64,000 nt of DNA from Cyanophora paradoxa CCMP329 (GCA_004431415.1 QPMI01000266.1:1-64000); one strand, 5' to 3'. Shown: positions 12,020 through 24,090, counted from the first letter of the stretch. Notes: a model not told the origin generated them from the letters alone. Numbers and translations are program-made.

Positions 12020-12574
12020 TTATTGAGCAATTGGGAATTGTATAGAACTTAAATAAAGTAATATATTCTGATTGTTTATGTTTTGATATTTTACAAAATT
12101 AATAAAAACATTAATTCCAAAATTCATGTCAATTTTGGAATATTGATTCTCAATATCTTCAAAGGGGATTATAGAATTTAAACCAAAAGCGAAATTTATG
12201 TTATTTTGATTTAATTTATATTTATATAAATTTAATGCTTTTACTTTAGGAAAATATAAATAAATTAATTTATCTAAAAAAATTAATGCATATTTGTTTC
12301 TTAATGTAGTTTTACAACCTAAAACCTGCTTTTTTCGTAATTGATATGCAGAAATAGCATTCTTTGAAATAGAGAAAACAGGCCTCTGAAATGACATAAG
12401 TTCAAAACACCCATATAAAGGATACAATAATGTTTGATCGTGTACTAATTTTTTTTGACTAGACTGAATAATTATACTCTCTTTTTTTGGAATTTTATAA
12501 ATATTATTTATATTTAAACGGGAAATTAATTCATAATTTACTATATGATTTATGTGATACTGTAATCTTAACAT
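12020..12574 (-). CDS. rpl5: Ribosomal protein L5
   Basis: IPK, QRPVFSISK, LRKKQVLGCKTTLR; start placed at MLRLQY. Confidence 0.9.
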   Translation of the reverse strand: MLRLQYHINHIVNYELISRLNINNIYKIPKKESIIIQSSQKKLVHDQTLLYPLYGCFELMSFQRPVFSISKNAISAYQLRKKQVLGCKTTLRNKYALIFLDKLIYLYFPKVKALNLYKYKLNQNNINFAFGLNSIIPFEDIENQYSKIDMNFGINVFINFVKYQNINNQNILLYLSSIQFPIAQ

Positions 12575-12575
12575 T

Positions 12576-13030
12576 TTATAATCTACGTGATTTTTTTTGC
12601 CTACACCCACCATGTGCTATGGGAGTATTATCTTTTATTTTTAAAAAAAAAAGTTTTGCTTTTCTTAATAATGCAATACATGTCCTACGTTTTTTACGAT
12701 TTATACCTTTAAAATATAAATAAAACTTGTACAGATTATATTGTATAATTTTTTTATAACATAGTCAGTTGTTAATTCAACGGCATATAGAGAGGATCTT
12801 TTTGATTTTTTAAAGCCAACCATTCCTGAAGAGATAATAGATAAAACTTTATTTCTTTTATCTGTAATTGTGAATAATATATTATTCGAAGTTATTTTTA
12901 TATACAATTTGCCAATATTCTTAATTTTTTTTTTGGTTTTTTTTAATGATTTTGATTTTTTTTTTTCTACAGTAATTTTTGTTTTAATAACTTTATTTGG
13001 TTTTTTTTTTAATTGTTTTAATACTTCCAT
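12576..13030 (-). CDS. rps11: Ribosomal protein S11 (one frameshift in the read)
   Basis: NNILFTITD, SSGMVGFKKSKRSS, then DNTPIAHGGCRQKKSRR in the shifted frame. Confidence 0.9.
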
Positions 13031-13392
13031 TGAATTTTTTTTACATTAAACATATTTAATTTTTTTTTAGTCTGCGAATTTGTATGAGTTCTTTGACCAC
13101 GTACTGGTAATTTTAATGTATGACGTATTCCACGATAACTGCTTATTTTTACCAAATTTTTAAAATTTGATTTTATTTGATTTTGCAAATCAATACCTAC
13201 ATTATAATTATTTTCAATATATTGCGATAATCGAATTATTTGATTTCTGTTTAATTGTTTAACTTTATAAAATGGGGTAATTAGTAGCGCATTACATATT
13301 TTTTTTGCCCTAAACTTACCTACCCAAAATATTTTTTGCAAACCTGCAAAAACATAATCATCTAAAGGTAAAAAAACACCAAGAATATGCAT
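13018..13392 (-). CDS. rps13: Ribosomal protein S13
   Basis: SYRGIRH..LPVRGQRTHTN. Confidence 0.96.
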   Translation of the reverse strand: MHILGVFLPLDDYVFAGLQKIFWVGKFRAKKICNALLITPFYKVKQLNRNQIIRLSQYIENNYNVGIDLQNQIKSNFKNLVKISSYRGIRHTLKLPVRGQRTHTNSQTKKKLNMFNVKKIQWKY

Positions 13393-13395
13393 AAA

Positions 13396-14400
13396 TTAAT
13401 TTAATAGGAATACAGGTAAACCATCAAAAGATAGCAAAAATCCTGCTGTAAAAATAACCAAGCTAAGCTAAAAGGTAAAAATACTTTCCAACCTAAGTAC
13501 ATAAGTTGATCATAACGATAACGCGGATATGCTGCACGGACCCATATAAAGATAAACGCAATTATCGCTATTTTTAAACTAATCCAAAAATACCCTGGTA
13601 TTAAAACTAATGGATAAATATTTGCTATCGGATACCATCCACCTAAAAATAAAATAGAAATCATAGTACTCATTAATAAAATATTCGCATATTCACCTAA
13701 AAAAAAAGTGCAAATCCCATAGCAGAATACTCAACATTATACCCAGCAACTAACTCCGCTTCAGCTTCAGGTAAATCAAAAGGCGCTCGATTTGTTTCTG
13801 CTAAAGCCGAAACAAAAAACATAATAAATAACGGAAAATGCGGGAAAATAAACCAAATATTATGTTGTGCTAAAATAATTTTATTAATATTTAAACTACC
13901 AACACATAATATAATAGATATAATTATTAAACCTATACTGATTTCGTAAGATATCATTTGGGCTGCTGATCTTAAAGATCCAAGAAAAGCATATTTAGAA
14001 TTGCTAGACCATCCTGACATTATAATACCATAAACAGCTAATGAAGATACAGCAAATAAATAAAGTATACCTACATTAAGGTTACAAAATACGGTATCCC
14101 AATCGAAGGGAATTACTGCCCAACCAATGAGACTTAGCATAAATGTAAGGATAGGTGCAAATAAAAAGATAAATGTATTTGCATTATTTGGCAAGATAGT
14201 TTCTTTAATTAAAAGCTTTAAACCATCCGCTAATGGTTGTAATAATCCCAAAAACCAATAATATTAGGTCCTTTTCGTTGTTGCATACTTGCCATAACTT
14301 TTCGTTCAGCTAAAGTTAAGTATGCAACAGCAATTAATAATGGTATAATTATAGTCAACGTACTTGCTATAACTTTTACAATTGAATAGACTATTTGCAT
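13396..14400 (-). CDS. nad1: NADH dehydrogenase subunit 1 (read frameshifts)
   Basis: [49 protein letters not shown]. Confidence 0.96.
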
Positions 14401-14471
14401 TTAGAAAACTTTAAATTAATAAATAAAGATATTATTAGATACAACGCTAAATATATAATTTTATTTGTATA

Positions 14472-14543
14472 AGCGGAATGTCGGGCTCGAACCGACAATC
14501 AATGCCTTGGCAAGGCAGCACTTTACCTTTAAGCTAATCCCGC
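14472..14543 (-). tRNA. trnG: tRNA-Gly(GCC)
   Basis: TGCC-TT-GCC-AA-GGCA. Confidence 0.92.
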
Positions 14544-14558
14544 AAAATTAATTTTATT

Positions 14559-14918
14559 TTAAAATAATTTTAAATTTAATGGCAGACTTTTTTGAAATAT
14601 ATATTTTAATTCTTTTGCAATAGAACCTCTAATTCTGTTACCAGCTGCAACATTCTTTTTATTTAATAATAATGCACCATTTGATCTATGTTTTATTGAA
14701 ATACCATTGAATTTGATACGTTTTTTCTTTAACCTATAAATTATAGCACTCAAAACCTCGCCTTTTTTTATTTTTGATTGCGATTTTACTTTTTTTGTAG
14801 AAATAATTATTTTATCGCCAATTGTACTCTTTGATTTTGATTTTAATAGTTTAATACATTTAACAATTTTTACACCAGAATTATCTAAAATTTTTAAACG
14901 TGTTCCAAATTGGATCAT
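14559..14918 (-). CDS. rpl14: Ribosomal protein L14
   Basis: MIQFGTRLKILDNSGVK.VKCI. Confidence 0.95.
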   Translation of the reverse strand: MIQFGTRLKILDNSGVKIVKCIKLLKSKSKSTIGDKIIISTKKVKSQSKIKKGEVLSAIIYRLKKKRIKFNGISIKHRSNGALLLNKKNVAAGNRIRGSIAKELKYIFQKSLPLNLKLF

Positions 14919-14946
14919 TATAATAAATTTATATTTAAACAATAAG

Positions 14947-15020
14947 TAAGCTTAGCAGGAATTGAACCCGCACACTTTCCGTTATGAGCGGAACGTTGTA
15001 ACCAATTCAACTATAAGCTT
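14947..15020 (-). tRNA. trnI: tRNA-Ile(CAU), lysidine type
   Basis: TTCCG-CT-CAT-AA-CGGAA with GCTTA acceptor shared with trnI(GAU). Confidence 0.8.
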
Positions 15021-15046
15021 ATTAATTAAAAAATTAAATTTAATTT

Positions 15047-15456
15047 CTAATATACCCCGATTATAGTTGTTTTTATAGATAATTTGGAACTCGCATATTT
15101 TAGTGCGTTCTTGGCTAAATTAGGTTTTACCCCACCTAATTCGAAAAGAATCCTACCTGAGCCAACACAGCAAACCCAATGATCTACGTTACCTTTACCC
15201 TTACCCATACGAACCCAGATGGTTTTTTTGTTATTGGTTTATTCGGAAAAACACGCAACCAAATTTTACCAGATCGTTTTACAACACGATTTATTGCTAT
15301 TCTTGCAGATTCTAATTGAGCGGCAGAAATATACCCAAAATCGATTGCTTTAATTGCAAAATTACCAAATTTTATACTAGTTACTGAATTTTCTTTTTTT
15401 ATACAACGACTTTTTTGAAATTTCTTATATTTTAATTTTTTTGGTTGTAGAAGCAT
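15047..15456 (-). CDS. rpl16: Ribosomal protein L16 (one read frameshift)
   Basis: LQPKK.KYKK, QLESAR, WLRVFP.KPITKKP, RMGKGKG in the shifted frame. Confidence 0.94.
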
Positions 15457-16213
15457 TTTTACTATTATTGCTTAAATTTTTAAATTTAAGAGGACGTAAA
15501 TACACCCAAGTTTTTATACCAATATTCCCCCTTTTTGAGAATATTGTTTTATAGGAATATATTATATTTGTATTAATTTTGTGTAAAGGCAATTGAGTTT
15601 TTCCTCCAAAAGGATTATTACTCTGTATCCATTCTGTTCGAGCAATTTGAGACTTACCTAATCTTCCAGACAAATTAATTTTGGCACCCATAATACCATG
15701 TTTAAATTTTTTTTGAATGTGATATACGATTGTTCGAAAAATAAATCTATAATTTTTTCTTTGTTTAAAGTATCGAGAAATTAAAATATTAATCATTTCT
15801 GGATATAAATTTAAACTTTTACTTCTATATAAAATTAATTTCGTTTTTAAACCGGTTATCGTAACAATCCACTTTTGAATTTTTTTTAAAAGAAATGTTA
15901 TTTTTTTTTTTAGTTTTTTTTTTCTATATTTAAATTTACTTCTCCTACGTAAACGAAGTTTTGTTCGTGTTTTAAAGAACCATGGTTTGCGAAATGAGAA
16001 TATTTTTAGAAATATAATTATATTTGAAATACTTTGATATATAATAATATCTGAAAAAATAATTTTCATTTTTTTTAAAATAGATTTTATATATTTTTTT
16101 ATAATATAATCCTGATTAAAACGTGTAGCATATGCTCCAAGAGTTAAACCGATAGACGAGTGTATCGTTGTTTTATTTAAACGAAATAATATTGGATTTA
16201 TTTTTTTGCCCAT
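15425..16213 (-). CDS. rps3: Ribosomal protein S3
   Basis: MGKKINPILFRL; GAKINLSGRLG..IAR; G.IGIKTWV. Confidence 0.94.
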   Translation of the reverse strand: MGKKINPILFRLNKTTIHSSIGLTLGAYATRFNQDYIIKKYIKSILKKMKIIFSDIIIYQSISNIIIFLKIFSFRKPWFFKTRTKLRLRRRSKFKYRKKKLKKKITFLLKKIQKWIVTITGLKTKLILYRSKSLNLYPEMINILISRYFKQRKNYRFIFRTIVYHIQKKFKHGIMGAKINLSGRLGKSQIARTEWIQSNNPFGGKTQLPLHKINTNIIYSYKTIFSKRGNIGIKTWVYLRPLKFKNLSNNSKNASTTKKIKI

Positions 16214-16485
16214 TTTCTTAAATTTTTTTTATTTTTTTTATGATTACATGGTAATTTTGTTAAACAAAATTCTCCAAGTTTATGTCCAACCATATTTTCA
16301 GAAATAAATACCTGAGTAAATTTCTTTCCATTATAAACACCTAATTTATAATTCACCAAATCATGTGTTATCGTTAAGTCCCTTGACCAAGTTCTACTAA
16401 TATAATTTTTTATAATTTTATTGTATTGAATAACTTTAAGAATAGAAGTATTAAGAAATTGACCTTTCCATGAAGAACGGGACAT
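16198..16485 (-). CDS. rps19: Ribosomal protein S19
   Basis: MSRSSWKG; YNGK; MVGHKLGEF. Confidence 0.96.
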   Translation of the reverse strand: MSRSSWKGQFLNTSILKVIQYNKIIKNYISRTWSRDLTITHDLVNYKLGVYNGKKFTQVFISENMVGHKLGEFCLTKLPCNHKKNKKNLRKWAKK

Positions 16486-16501
16486 AAGTAAAAATAAAAG
16501 T

Positions 16502-17320
16502 TTAAATTCGTTTTTTTAATATATAATATTTTTTATTTTTACTAAAAAAAACAGTTGGTTTACCTTTTGTTATGCGACTATATGGAGTTACAGAAGGTCT
16601 TCCTCCATTAGTTCGACCACCATGAGGATGATCAACTGGATTCATAGCAATACCTCTAACCATTGGACGGCGATTTAACCATCTAGAACGACCAGCTTTT
16701 TCTATTTTTTTTAGTTTATGATCTGGATTTGATAAAACTCCGATTGTTGCTTTACTGAAGCTACATACCAATCTGATTTCACCTGATGGAAGACGTATTG
16801 CTGTATATTTTTGATTTTTAATATTTTCTATATGAGTTTTGTATTTATTGTTTAATGGTTTATTATGTGCCATAATTTGTGCATATGTACCTGCAGAACG
16901 AACTAATTGGCTCCCCTTGTTTATTTTTAGTTCAATATTATTTACTAATAAACCTGGATTTATGTTGAAAATATAATTTGAGTTCCCATTTTTTATCATT
17001 AAAGTAGAGTCTAATATTTTGTCTGAATTAAATATGACATCACCAATATTTGTTCTGTTTGGTAGTATTATATTTAATAAAAAACCATAATAATTATACG
17101 CTGTTCCTATTATTGTAGAACGGTTTGGATCATATTGTTTATTTATAATTAATGAAATTTGCTTAAAATGACGTTTATAATCGATAATATAATAATTTTT
17201 TTTATGTCCACCGCCACGATGTTGAATGGTTTTAACACCAGTGTTATTTCTACCACCTTTTTTAATACCCAATTTACAAGGTGATTTAAGTAATTTTGAA
17301 ACAACTTTTATATTATTCAT
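16502..17320 (-). CDS. rpl2: Ribosomal protein L2
   Basis: GGRNNTG, YDPNRS, RSAGT, MNPVDHPHGG. Confidence 0.97.
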   Translation of the reverse strand: MNNIKVVSKLLKSPCKLGIKKGGRNNTGVKTIQHRGGGHKKNYYIIDYKRHFKQISLIINKQYDPNRSTIIGTAYNYYGFLLNIILPNRTNIGDVIFNSDKILDSTLMIKNGNSNYIFNINPGLLVNNIELKINKGSQLVRSAGTYAQIMAHNKPLNNKYKTHIENIKNQKYTAIRLPSGEIRLVCSFSKATIGVLSNPDHKLKKIEKAGRSRWLNRRPMVRGIAMNPVDHPHGGRTNGGRPSVTPYSRITKGKPTVFFSKNKKYYILKKRI

Positions 17321-17424
17321 TTTATTAAAATACTTTGATTTAGTATTATATATTTTTAATCATAAAAATTAATTTTTTTTATATTTAAAATATAATCTAA
17401 AACATCCATTAACATTAACCACGG

Positions 17425-17499
17425 GGCGAATAAAGAGGATTGAACTCTTAACTTTCAGAATCACAACCTGACACTCTAACCAATTAAGTTATATTCGCC
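17425..17499 (-). tRNA. trnH: tRNA-His(GUG)
   Basis: TCAGG-TT-GTG-AT-TCTGA; G-1 encoded. Confidence 0.92.
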
Positions 17500-17542
17500 C
17501 ACGACCAATCAATTAAAATAAAAAATTAAATTTAATTATTTA

Positions 17543-17812
<270 letters not shown>

Positions 17813-17867
17813 TTATTTTAATTATATTTTATTTTTTCTTGATTTATTTATACCAAACTATTTTATT

Positions 17868-18130
17868 TTATTTAATAAAATTGCTAAATATAGTTTTATT
17901 TAACACAATTGAATTAACCTTTAATGTAGTATTATTATTTTGACAAACGCCAATTAATGATTTATTTGTATGTTTTTCAAACCATACTAAAAATAAAATA
18001 AGCTTTCGCATTTTTTTTGAAGATGAAAACAAAGGAATTATACAATAGATATTTATTAAATAAAAAGTTACAAAACAAAAAAAAACCAAGTAATTTGAGA
18101 TAAATAGATTGTTAAATCTAATTGAGGCAT
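17868..18130 (-). CDS. atp8: ATP synthase subunit 8 (one read frameshift)
   Basis: ATG CCT CAA TTA GAT = MPQLD start at 18130. Confidence 0.88.
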
Positions 18131-18159
18131 TAACGTTCGTTAAATTTAAAAATAAAATT

Positions 18160-18656
18160 TTAATTTATATTATAAATTTTATTAAGTACGGTTTGTATAA
18201 TTTCAATGCTTCTCTCCTTTTTTATGAAGAAAAAATCAGCTGACGCGTTAAATAATTGGTTTATATAATACGATAAGTAATAAACACATTTGTTTTTTAT
18301 TGAATTACCTAAAAATAGAACCAATACAGTGTAATTATAATTTAAATGAGTTTGAGAATATTTATTAGAATTTTTATCTAAATTATTTAAACTCATTAAT
18401 CGTTTTTTTACATATATCATAGTAATAAATTTATACATAATACTAGTAATAAATTGTAATCTTTGTGTTTCTAAATTAAATTTAATTTGAGACGGCATTT
18501 TTTTAATTCGAATAACGTACACGAGCAATATAAAAAAGCAAAAGAGAACAATTGATTCTTCTTGTAATACAAAAATTCTTTTGCCAATATAAAAAACACA
18601 ACTATTGGGAGTAATAAACGGTTTAGCCATCGACCTAAATACGATTTAATACGCAT
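18160..18656 (-). CDS. atp4: ATP synthase subunit b (orf25/ymf39; one read frameshift)
   Basis: IFVLQEESIVLFCF resembles the IYNEE.IV..CF motif; next to atp8. Confidence 0.75.
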
Positions 18657-18665
18657 TAAGTTGAC

Positions 18666-18830
18666 TTAGATGTCATCCTTTATTAGGTCAATAAGAAAAA
18701 ATATTGCCATCATGAACATCAAGTCACTTGATACGTAAATTAATTCGTATTTGACTCCTAAAAAAAACATTAAACCGAGTACACTAAGGAATAATACTAA
18801 TACTAAATCACTTTTTCGTCTTGGATCCAT
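18666..18830 (-). CDS. Small hydrophobic orphan ORF (54 aa, two predicted TM segments)
   Basis: ATG right after trnG, stop 9 nt before atp4; fills the spacer. Confidence 0.4.
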   Translation of the reverse strand: MDPRRKSDLVLVLFLSVLGLMFFLGVKYELIYVSSDLMFMMAIFFLIDLIKDDI

Positions 18831-18838
18831 TTTTTTTT

Positions 18839-18909
18839 TACAGATAATGGGACTCGAACCCATAAAAATTGCTTGGAAGGCAATCAATTTACCATTAATT
18901 TATATCTGT
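18839..18909 (-). tRNA. trnG: tRNA-Gly(UCC)
   Basis: ATTGC-CT-TCC-AA-GCAAT. Confidence 0.92.
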
Positions 18910-18953
18910 TGGGGTAGATGCTATAATTTATAGTATATATATCTTATATTAAA

Positions 18954-19025
18954 CTTCCTAGATAAGACTTGAACTTATAACATTGCAGTTAACAGCCGCA
19001 CGCTCTACCATTAAGCTACTAGGAA
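18954..19025 (-). tRNA. trnN: tRNA-Asn(GUU), second gene
   Basis: 2 differences from 7676..7747; cloverleaf intact. Confidence 0.88.
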
Positions 19026-19070
19026 TTAAAAATAGGTTACATTTTACACACATTATAAATATTTTATAAT

Positions 19071-21067
19071 CTAATTTTTTAATGATGAACCAATTACTGC
19101 TAGAATAAATATTAAAACTAAATTAGTTGAAACATACAACATTTTCTGTATTATTACAATAACAGTAAATAAAGTTATTGTAATACCTAATAGTATTATA
19201 AATAAATAATGATACATTAGGCCAGATTGTATGCTACTTATGTTCTTTGATAAATACGTAAAATTTGTTATTAATCCAGTTGGTCCAAATATTTCTAGTA
19301 TACCACGATCAATGAATTTAAATGTAATTTTATACCCAAAAGATATAATCGGTAACGCAATAAATTCATTATAGATTTTATCAAAATACCAACGTTTATT
19401 TAAAAAAGTATAAAATTTTATGTAAAATATTTTTACTATAAATATTTTTTTAATTAAAAAATTATAAAAGCAGAATGCAATAATTAACCCCCCAAAACTA
19501 AAAACAACAGGTGTTAATTTATTATAAACTGGAATAAATTCAGATTCTAAAACAAAATTATTTTCCGGTAAAATAAAAATCGAATTATTCCAAAACGATG
19601 TTCCTACCCAATAAACATATCACGAAAAAGATAACCTACAAAAATACTAGCTAAAGCCAAAACACCAAGCGGAAATGTTATAAAAAAATTACTTTCTGAT
19701 GCATGACTATAAGTGTGCTTATATCCATTTGGTTTTGCTAAAAATGCCCAAAAAATAAGCCTAAATGAATAGAATGCTGTACAAAATGCCGATAATACAC
19801 CTAAAATATATGCAAATGTACCTTTAATTAAATAAGTTGAAAATGTTAACTCTAGAATCATATCCTTAGAATAAAAACCAGTTAAAAAAGGAAATCCGGT
19901 CAATGATAAAGAACCAACTAATAACATAGAATAACTAAATGGTAATATATAAGCTAATCCACCCATTTTTCTAAAATCTTGCTCATCATGTACTGCATGT
20001 ATCAAAGAACCTGCAGTTAAAAAAAGAAGAGCTTTAAAAAAAGCATGATTTGCTAAATGAAATAAACTTGTTGAGTAACCAGAAATACCACAAACAAAAA
20101 CCATATAACCTAATTGACTACAGGTTGAATACGCTATTACACGCTTAGCATCATTTTGTAATAAACCAGTAGTTGCTGCAAAAAACGCAGTTAAAGCACC
20201 TAAAATTGTTAAAATGTCAAGAGCAGTCTCCGAAAATTCAAATAAAAATGAACAACGAATAATTAAGAATACACCTGCTGTAACCATTGTTGCTGCGTGT
20301 ATCAATGCTGATACCGGTGTTGGACCTTCCATAGCATCAGGCAACCAAGTATGTAGCCCAATTTGAGCAGATTTACCAACAGCACCAATAAATAATAGTA
20401 AGCAAATACAAGTAATTAAATTTATTTTTATATTAAAAAAATAAAATGAATTATCCACAAATAGTAAAATGCTTGAAAAAATCACATGATAATCAAGACT
20501 TTTACATACATAAAAAAGAGCCATAATTCCTAAACTAAGTCCAAAATCACCTATTCTATTCATAACCATTGCTTTTAAAGCCGCTTTATTTGCTTGTATA
20601 CGATTAAAAAAGAAATTGATTAATAAATATGAACACAATCCAACACCTTCCCATCCAACAAACATCTGTACCATATTATCTGCTGTTACCAAAATTAACA
20701 TAAAAAATGTAAAGAATGACAAATAACTCATGAAACGACCTAAATGTGGATCAGATCCCATATATTCAATTGAATAAAAATGAACTAAAAAACTAATAGA
20801 GGTAACCACAATAAGCATTGTGCAAGTTACACTATCAAATAAAAATCCCCAAAATACTATTAAATTCTCACCGAATAACCACGGTAATGTTTGAATATAA
20901 CATGAATTTTGCAATAATGCAATATAGTAAAAACTTTTTATTGATAAAATAAACGTAAATCCTAAAAGACTGGTGCATATATATGCAGCGTATTTATTTC
21001 CAATAAAACGAACAAAAAAAGCGACTAGTGCGCTTATAAGTGGTAAGAAAACAAGTGTAAGATACAT
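19071..21067 (-). CDS. nad5: NADH dehydrogenase subunit 5 (read frameshift near 19605)
   Basis: [33 protein letters not shown]; C-terminal NKRWYFD..DRGILE in the shifted frame. Confidence 0.97.
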
Positions 21068-21163
21068 GGTTTAATTTTAGATTAAAAAATATATATTAAT
21101 TAATTTATTAAATTCACTACTACTTGAAAAAAAAAATATAATAATATAAAAAACATAGTATTT

Positions 21164-21237
21164 TGGGCTTAAGTAGACTTGAACTACTGGCTTTACGCTT
21201 ATCAGGCGTATACTCTAACCAACTGAGTTATAAGCCC
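21164..21237 (-). tRNA. trnI: tRNA-Ile(GAU)
   Basis: TACGC-CT-GAT-AA-GCGTA. Confidence 0.94.
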
Positions 21238-21275
21238 AAAATGGTAAAAATAAATTATCTTTTATAAAATAAAAA

Positions 21276-22030
21276 TTAATGTAAATAAATTACATCATTT
21301 AAATATATACAAATTAATACGCTAAAAACATACGCCTGTAAAACGGCAACCCCAATTCTAAGACATAAATAGCTGTTATTATAATAATAGGGACTATTTC
21401 AAGCATATAAAAAATACCACCAATTTGTAACATAATATATGCAAAACCGGCTAAAATTTTTACAAGTGCATGTCCTGCCATCATATTTGCAAAAAGTCGA
21501 ATAGCTAAACTAAATCCACGAGATATATAACTAATGGATTCAATAACAAAAAGGAGTGGTAATAGTATTATAGGTACACCTTTTGGTATAAATAAAAGTA
21601 AGAATCTAATCCCATGAGTATAAATACCATAAATTGTTAACCCTATAAAAAATGATAAAGATAACCCTAATGTTATAATAATATGACTTGTAAATGTAAA
21701 AGAAAACGGAACCATTCCGATTAAATTACCTAAAGCAATAAATAAAAATAAAGTAAATACTAAAGGAAAAAACAATCTTCCCTTTTTGCCATTAATTTCA
21801 GTTACTAAATTGATAAATAAAAAATCATAAATTGATTCTACAAATACTTGCCAACGATCGGGAAAAACTTTTTTAAAGCTTATTGCGCCGCCTGCAATAA
21901 GTAGTAAACAAAAACATGTTAATAGCATATAGAACGATGAATTTGTTAGTGAGATAGTGTATTTTGGTCCAAATAGGCTAAATGGAAATAATGTAACTAT
22001 ATTGAATTGTTCAATGGGGTTTGATAACAT
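21276..22030 (-). CDS. atp6: ATP synthase subunit a (read frameshift near the 3' end)
   Basis: PIEQF, SLAIRLFANMMAGH, LQAYVF in the shifted frame. Confidence 0.97.
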
Positions 22031-22117
22031 AAATTTTAATTATAACTATTAGAAATAAACATAAGAATATATGTAAAAAAAAAATATATATATATATACA
22101 TAATTATATACATAATC

Positions 22118-22552
22118 ATGATTAACAAATTGAAAATAATATCGCCTCATTTAAATATATACAATTTAGAATTGCAATCAGGATTATCTATATTAAATAG
22201 AATTTGTGGTTTAATACTAACGTTATTTATATTTTATTTCATAATAATGGATACTTTATTATATGAAACTTTTATAATTACTCATTTTTCATATATTCTT
22301 TATTATTTATTTGACTTAATACAGGAAGAATATGAATTTACTATTGGTGTGACAATGAGTTTAATCATACTAATACATTTCTTTTGTGGAATTCGCCATA
22401 TAATCTGGGATTTAAATATAGGTTTAACAAAAAAAGCATTAAAAATCAGTCATTTAATAATTATTACTATTATTTTAACTTCGCTTACACTTGATGTTTT
22501 TTTCCAAACATTATTTACTTTAATAGATAATAACTATTTTGAATTAGAATAA
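22118..22552 (+). CDS. sdh3: Succinate dehydrogenase subunit 3
   Basis: SPHLNIY, SILNRICG, HFFCGIRHIIWD. Confidence 0.92.
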   Translation: MINKLKIISPHLNIYNLELQSGLSILNRICGLILTLFIFYFIIMDTLLYETFIITHFSYILYYLFDLIQEEYEFTIGVTMSLIILIHFFCGIRHIIWDLNIGLTKKALKISHLIIITIILTSLTLDVFFQTLFTLIDNNYFELE

Positions 22553-22583
22553 TACTAAGAATTTGTTTTTTCCAATTTATTTT

Positions 22584-22956
22584 ATGCCAACAATAAATCA
22601 ATTAACTATAAATCGAAGACACAAAAAAAAAAAAAAAGTAAATCACCTGCATTAAAAAAATCACCCCAAAAAAAGGGGTTTGTCTACAAGTAAGAATAAC
22701 TACACCAAAAAAACCTAATTCTGCAAAAAGGAAAGTTGCTCGAATAAAGCTTAAAAATAACAGAACAATAACGGCATATATACCTGGGGAAGGCCACAAT
22801 TTACAGCGTTATTCTAATGTACTAGTTCGCGGTGGGCGTGTAAAAGATTTACCTGGGGTAAAATATCATATAATACGTGGTAAATTTGATCTGGTAGGAG
22901 TGAAAAATAGACGATCTAGCCGTTCTAAATATGGTATTAGGAAAAGGATGTATTAA
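22584..22956 (+). CDS. rps12: Ribosomal protein S12 (read frameshift in an A run)
   Basis: [41 protein letters not shown]. Confidence 0.96.
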
Positions 22957-23016
22957 TATTTTTTATTTTAATTTCCTATAAAAATAATTTATAAATTCAT
23001 TTAGTATAATAAAACA

Positions 23017-23441
23017 ATGATTAGCTCAAAATTTTTGGTACTAAAAATTATCAATAATTTAACAAAAAATGGAAAAAAATTCATGGCTGAACGAGTGATG
23101 TGTAACTTACTTAATTTATTACAAAAAAATATAATATAAATCCAATAAAAATTTTATGGATTGTTTTAAAAAAAATAAAACCAAGTGTTGAAATGATCAA
23201 TAGACGTAAAAGCGGTAAGATCTATCAAATACCAAAAATTATAAAACCAAAAAGACAGCTTAAAATAGCAATTAAATGGCTATTTAATAATAACTATTCA
23301 CAAAAAAAAAATACATTAGAATATAATTTATTCAATGAAATCAATGGTATTATTAATCTAAAAAGTGAATGTTTAAAAAAAAAAGAAAAACTTCACCGAT
23401 TAGCGGAATCCAATAGAATTTACTTGCATTATCGTTGGTAA
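23017..23441 (+). CDS. rps7: Ribosomal protein S7 (read frameshift)
   Basis: KNGKK..AE, GKIYQIP, AIKWL, LHRLAESNR..HYRW. Confidence 0.92.
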
Positions 23442-23488
23442 TTGTAAAATAATTACTAAAAACTATATACATACAGCAGAATTAATAT

Positions 23489-23812
23489 ATGATCAAAATT
23501 TACATTTTCTCACATTACTTTTTAGCGATAAATTTTTTTGTAAAAACAATAACCTATTGTTTAAGCTTAAAAAAAATACCTTTTAAAGTATACCCTCAAC
23601 CAAAAAAGTGTTCAATATTGACTACATTAAGATCCCCTCATGTAAATAAAAATTCAATGGAACATTTTAAAATAGAAAAATTTAAATATATAATCGAAAT
23701 TAATAACATAAACAACAAAATATCTAAAAAAATTTTTAACAAATTATATTATTATTGTCCAGCTGGTTTAACTTTTTATATTAAATATCAAACAAATGAG
23801 TTTAAAAAATAA
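23489..23812 (+). CDS. rps10: Ribosomal protein S10
   Basis: TTLRSPHVNKNSMEHF. Confidence 0.92.
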   Translation: MIKIYIFSHYFLAINFFVKTITYCLSLKKIPFKVYPQPKKCSILTTLRSPHVNKNSMEHFKIEKFKYIIEINNINNKISKKIFNKLYYYCPAGLTFYIKYQTNEFKK

Positions 23813-23828
23813 ATAATTTAATAATTTT

Positions 23829-23901
23829 GGGTGTATAGCTCAGTAGGTAGAGCATTTGACTTTTAATCAAGTGGTCTTAGGTTCAACCCCTAATACACCC
23901 A
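23829..23901 (+). tRNA. trnK: tRNA-Lys(UUU)
   Basis: TTTGA-CT-TTT-AA-TCAAG. Confidence 0.93.
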
Positions 23902-23942
23902 AAATAAAAGATATTTTTAATACTGTAACATATATTTTAATT

Positions 23943-24024
23943 ACTTCTATGGTGAAACTGGTAGACACAAAAAACTCAAAATTTTTTGCCGAAAGGTGTG
24001 TTGGTTCAAATCCGACTAGAAGTA
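23943..24024 (+). tRNA. trnL: tRNA-Leu(CAA)
   Basis: AAAAA-CT-CAA-AA-TTTTT, long variable arm. Confidence 0.9.
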
Positions 24025-24054
24025 ATTTATTTTAATATTTCTTTATTATATATA

Positions 24055-24090
24055 AATACAGTTTAGTCGTAATTTTGACTAAACTGTATT
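24055..24090. terminator. 14-bp perfect hairpin between convergent trnL and cox1
   Basis: AATACAGTTTAGTC-N8-GACTAAACTGTATT. Confidence 0.65.

Larger units (their letters stand above)
1..12464. repeat. Terminal redundancy, copy 1 (error-rich), of 51394..64000
   Basis: Colinear near-identity; differences are almost all 1-nt homopolymer deletions. Confidence 0.95.
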
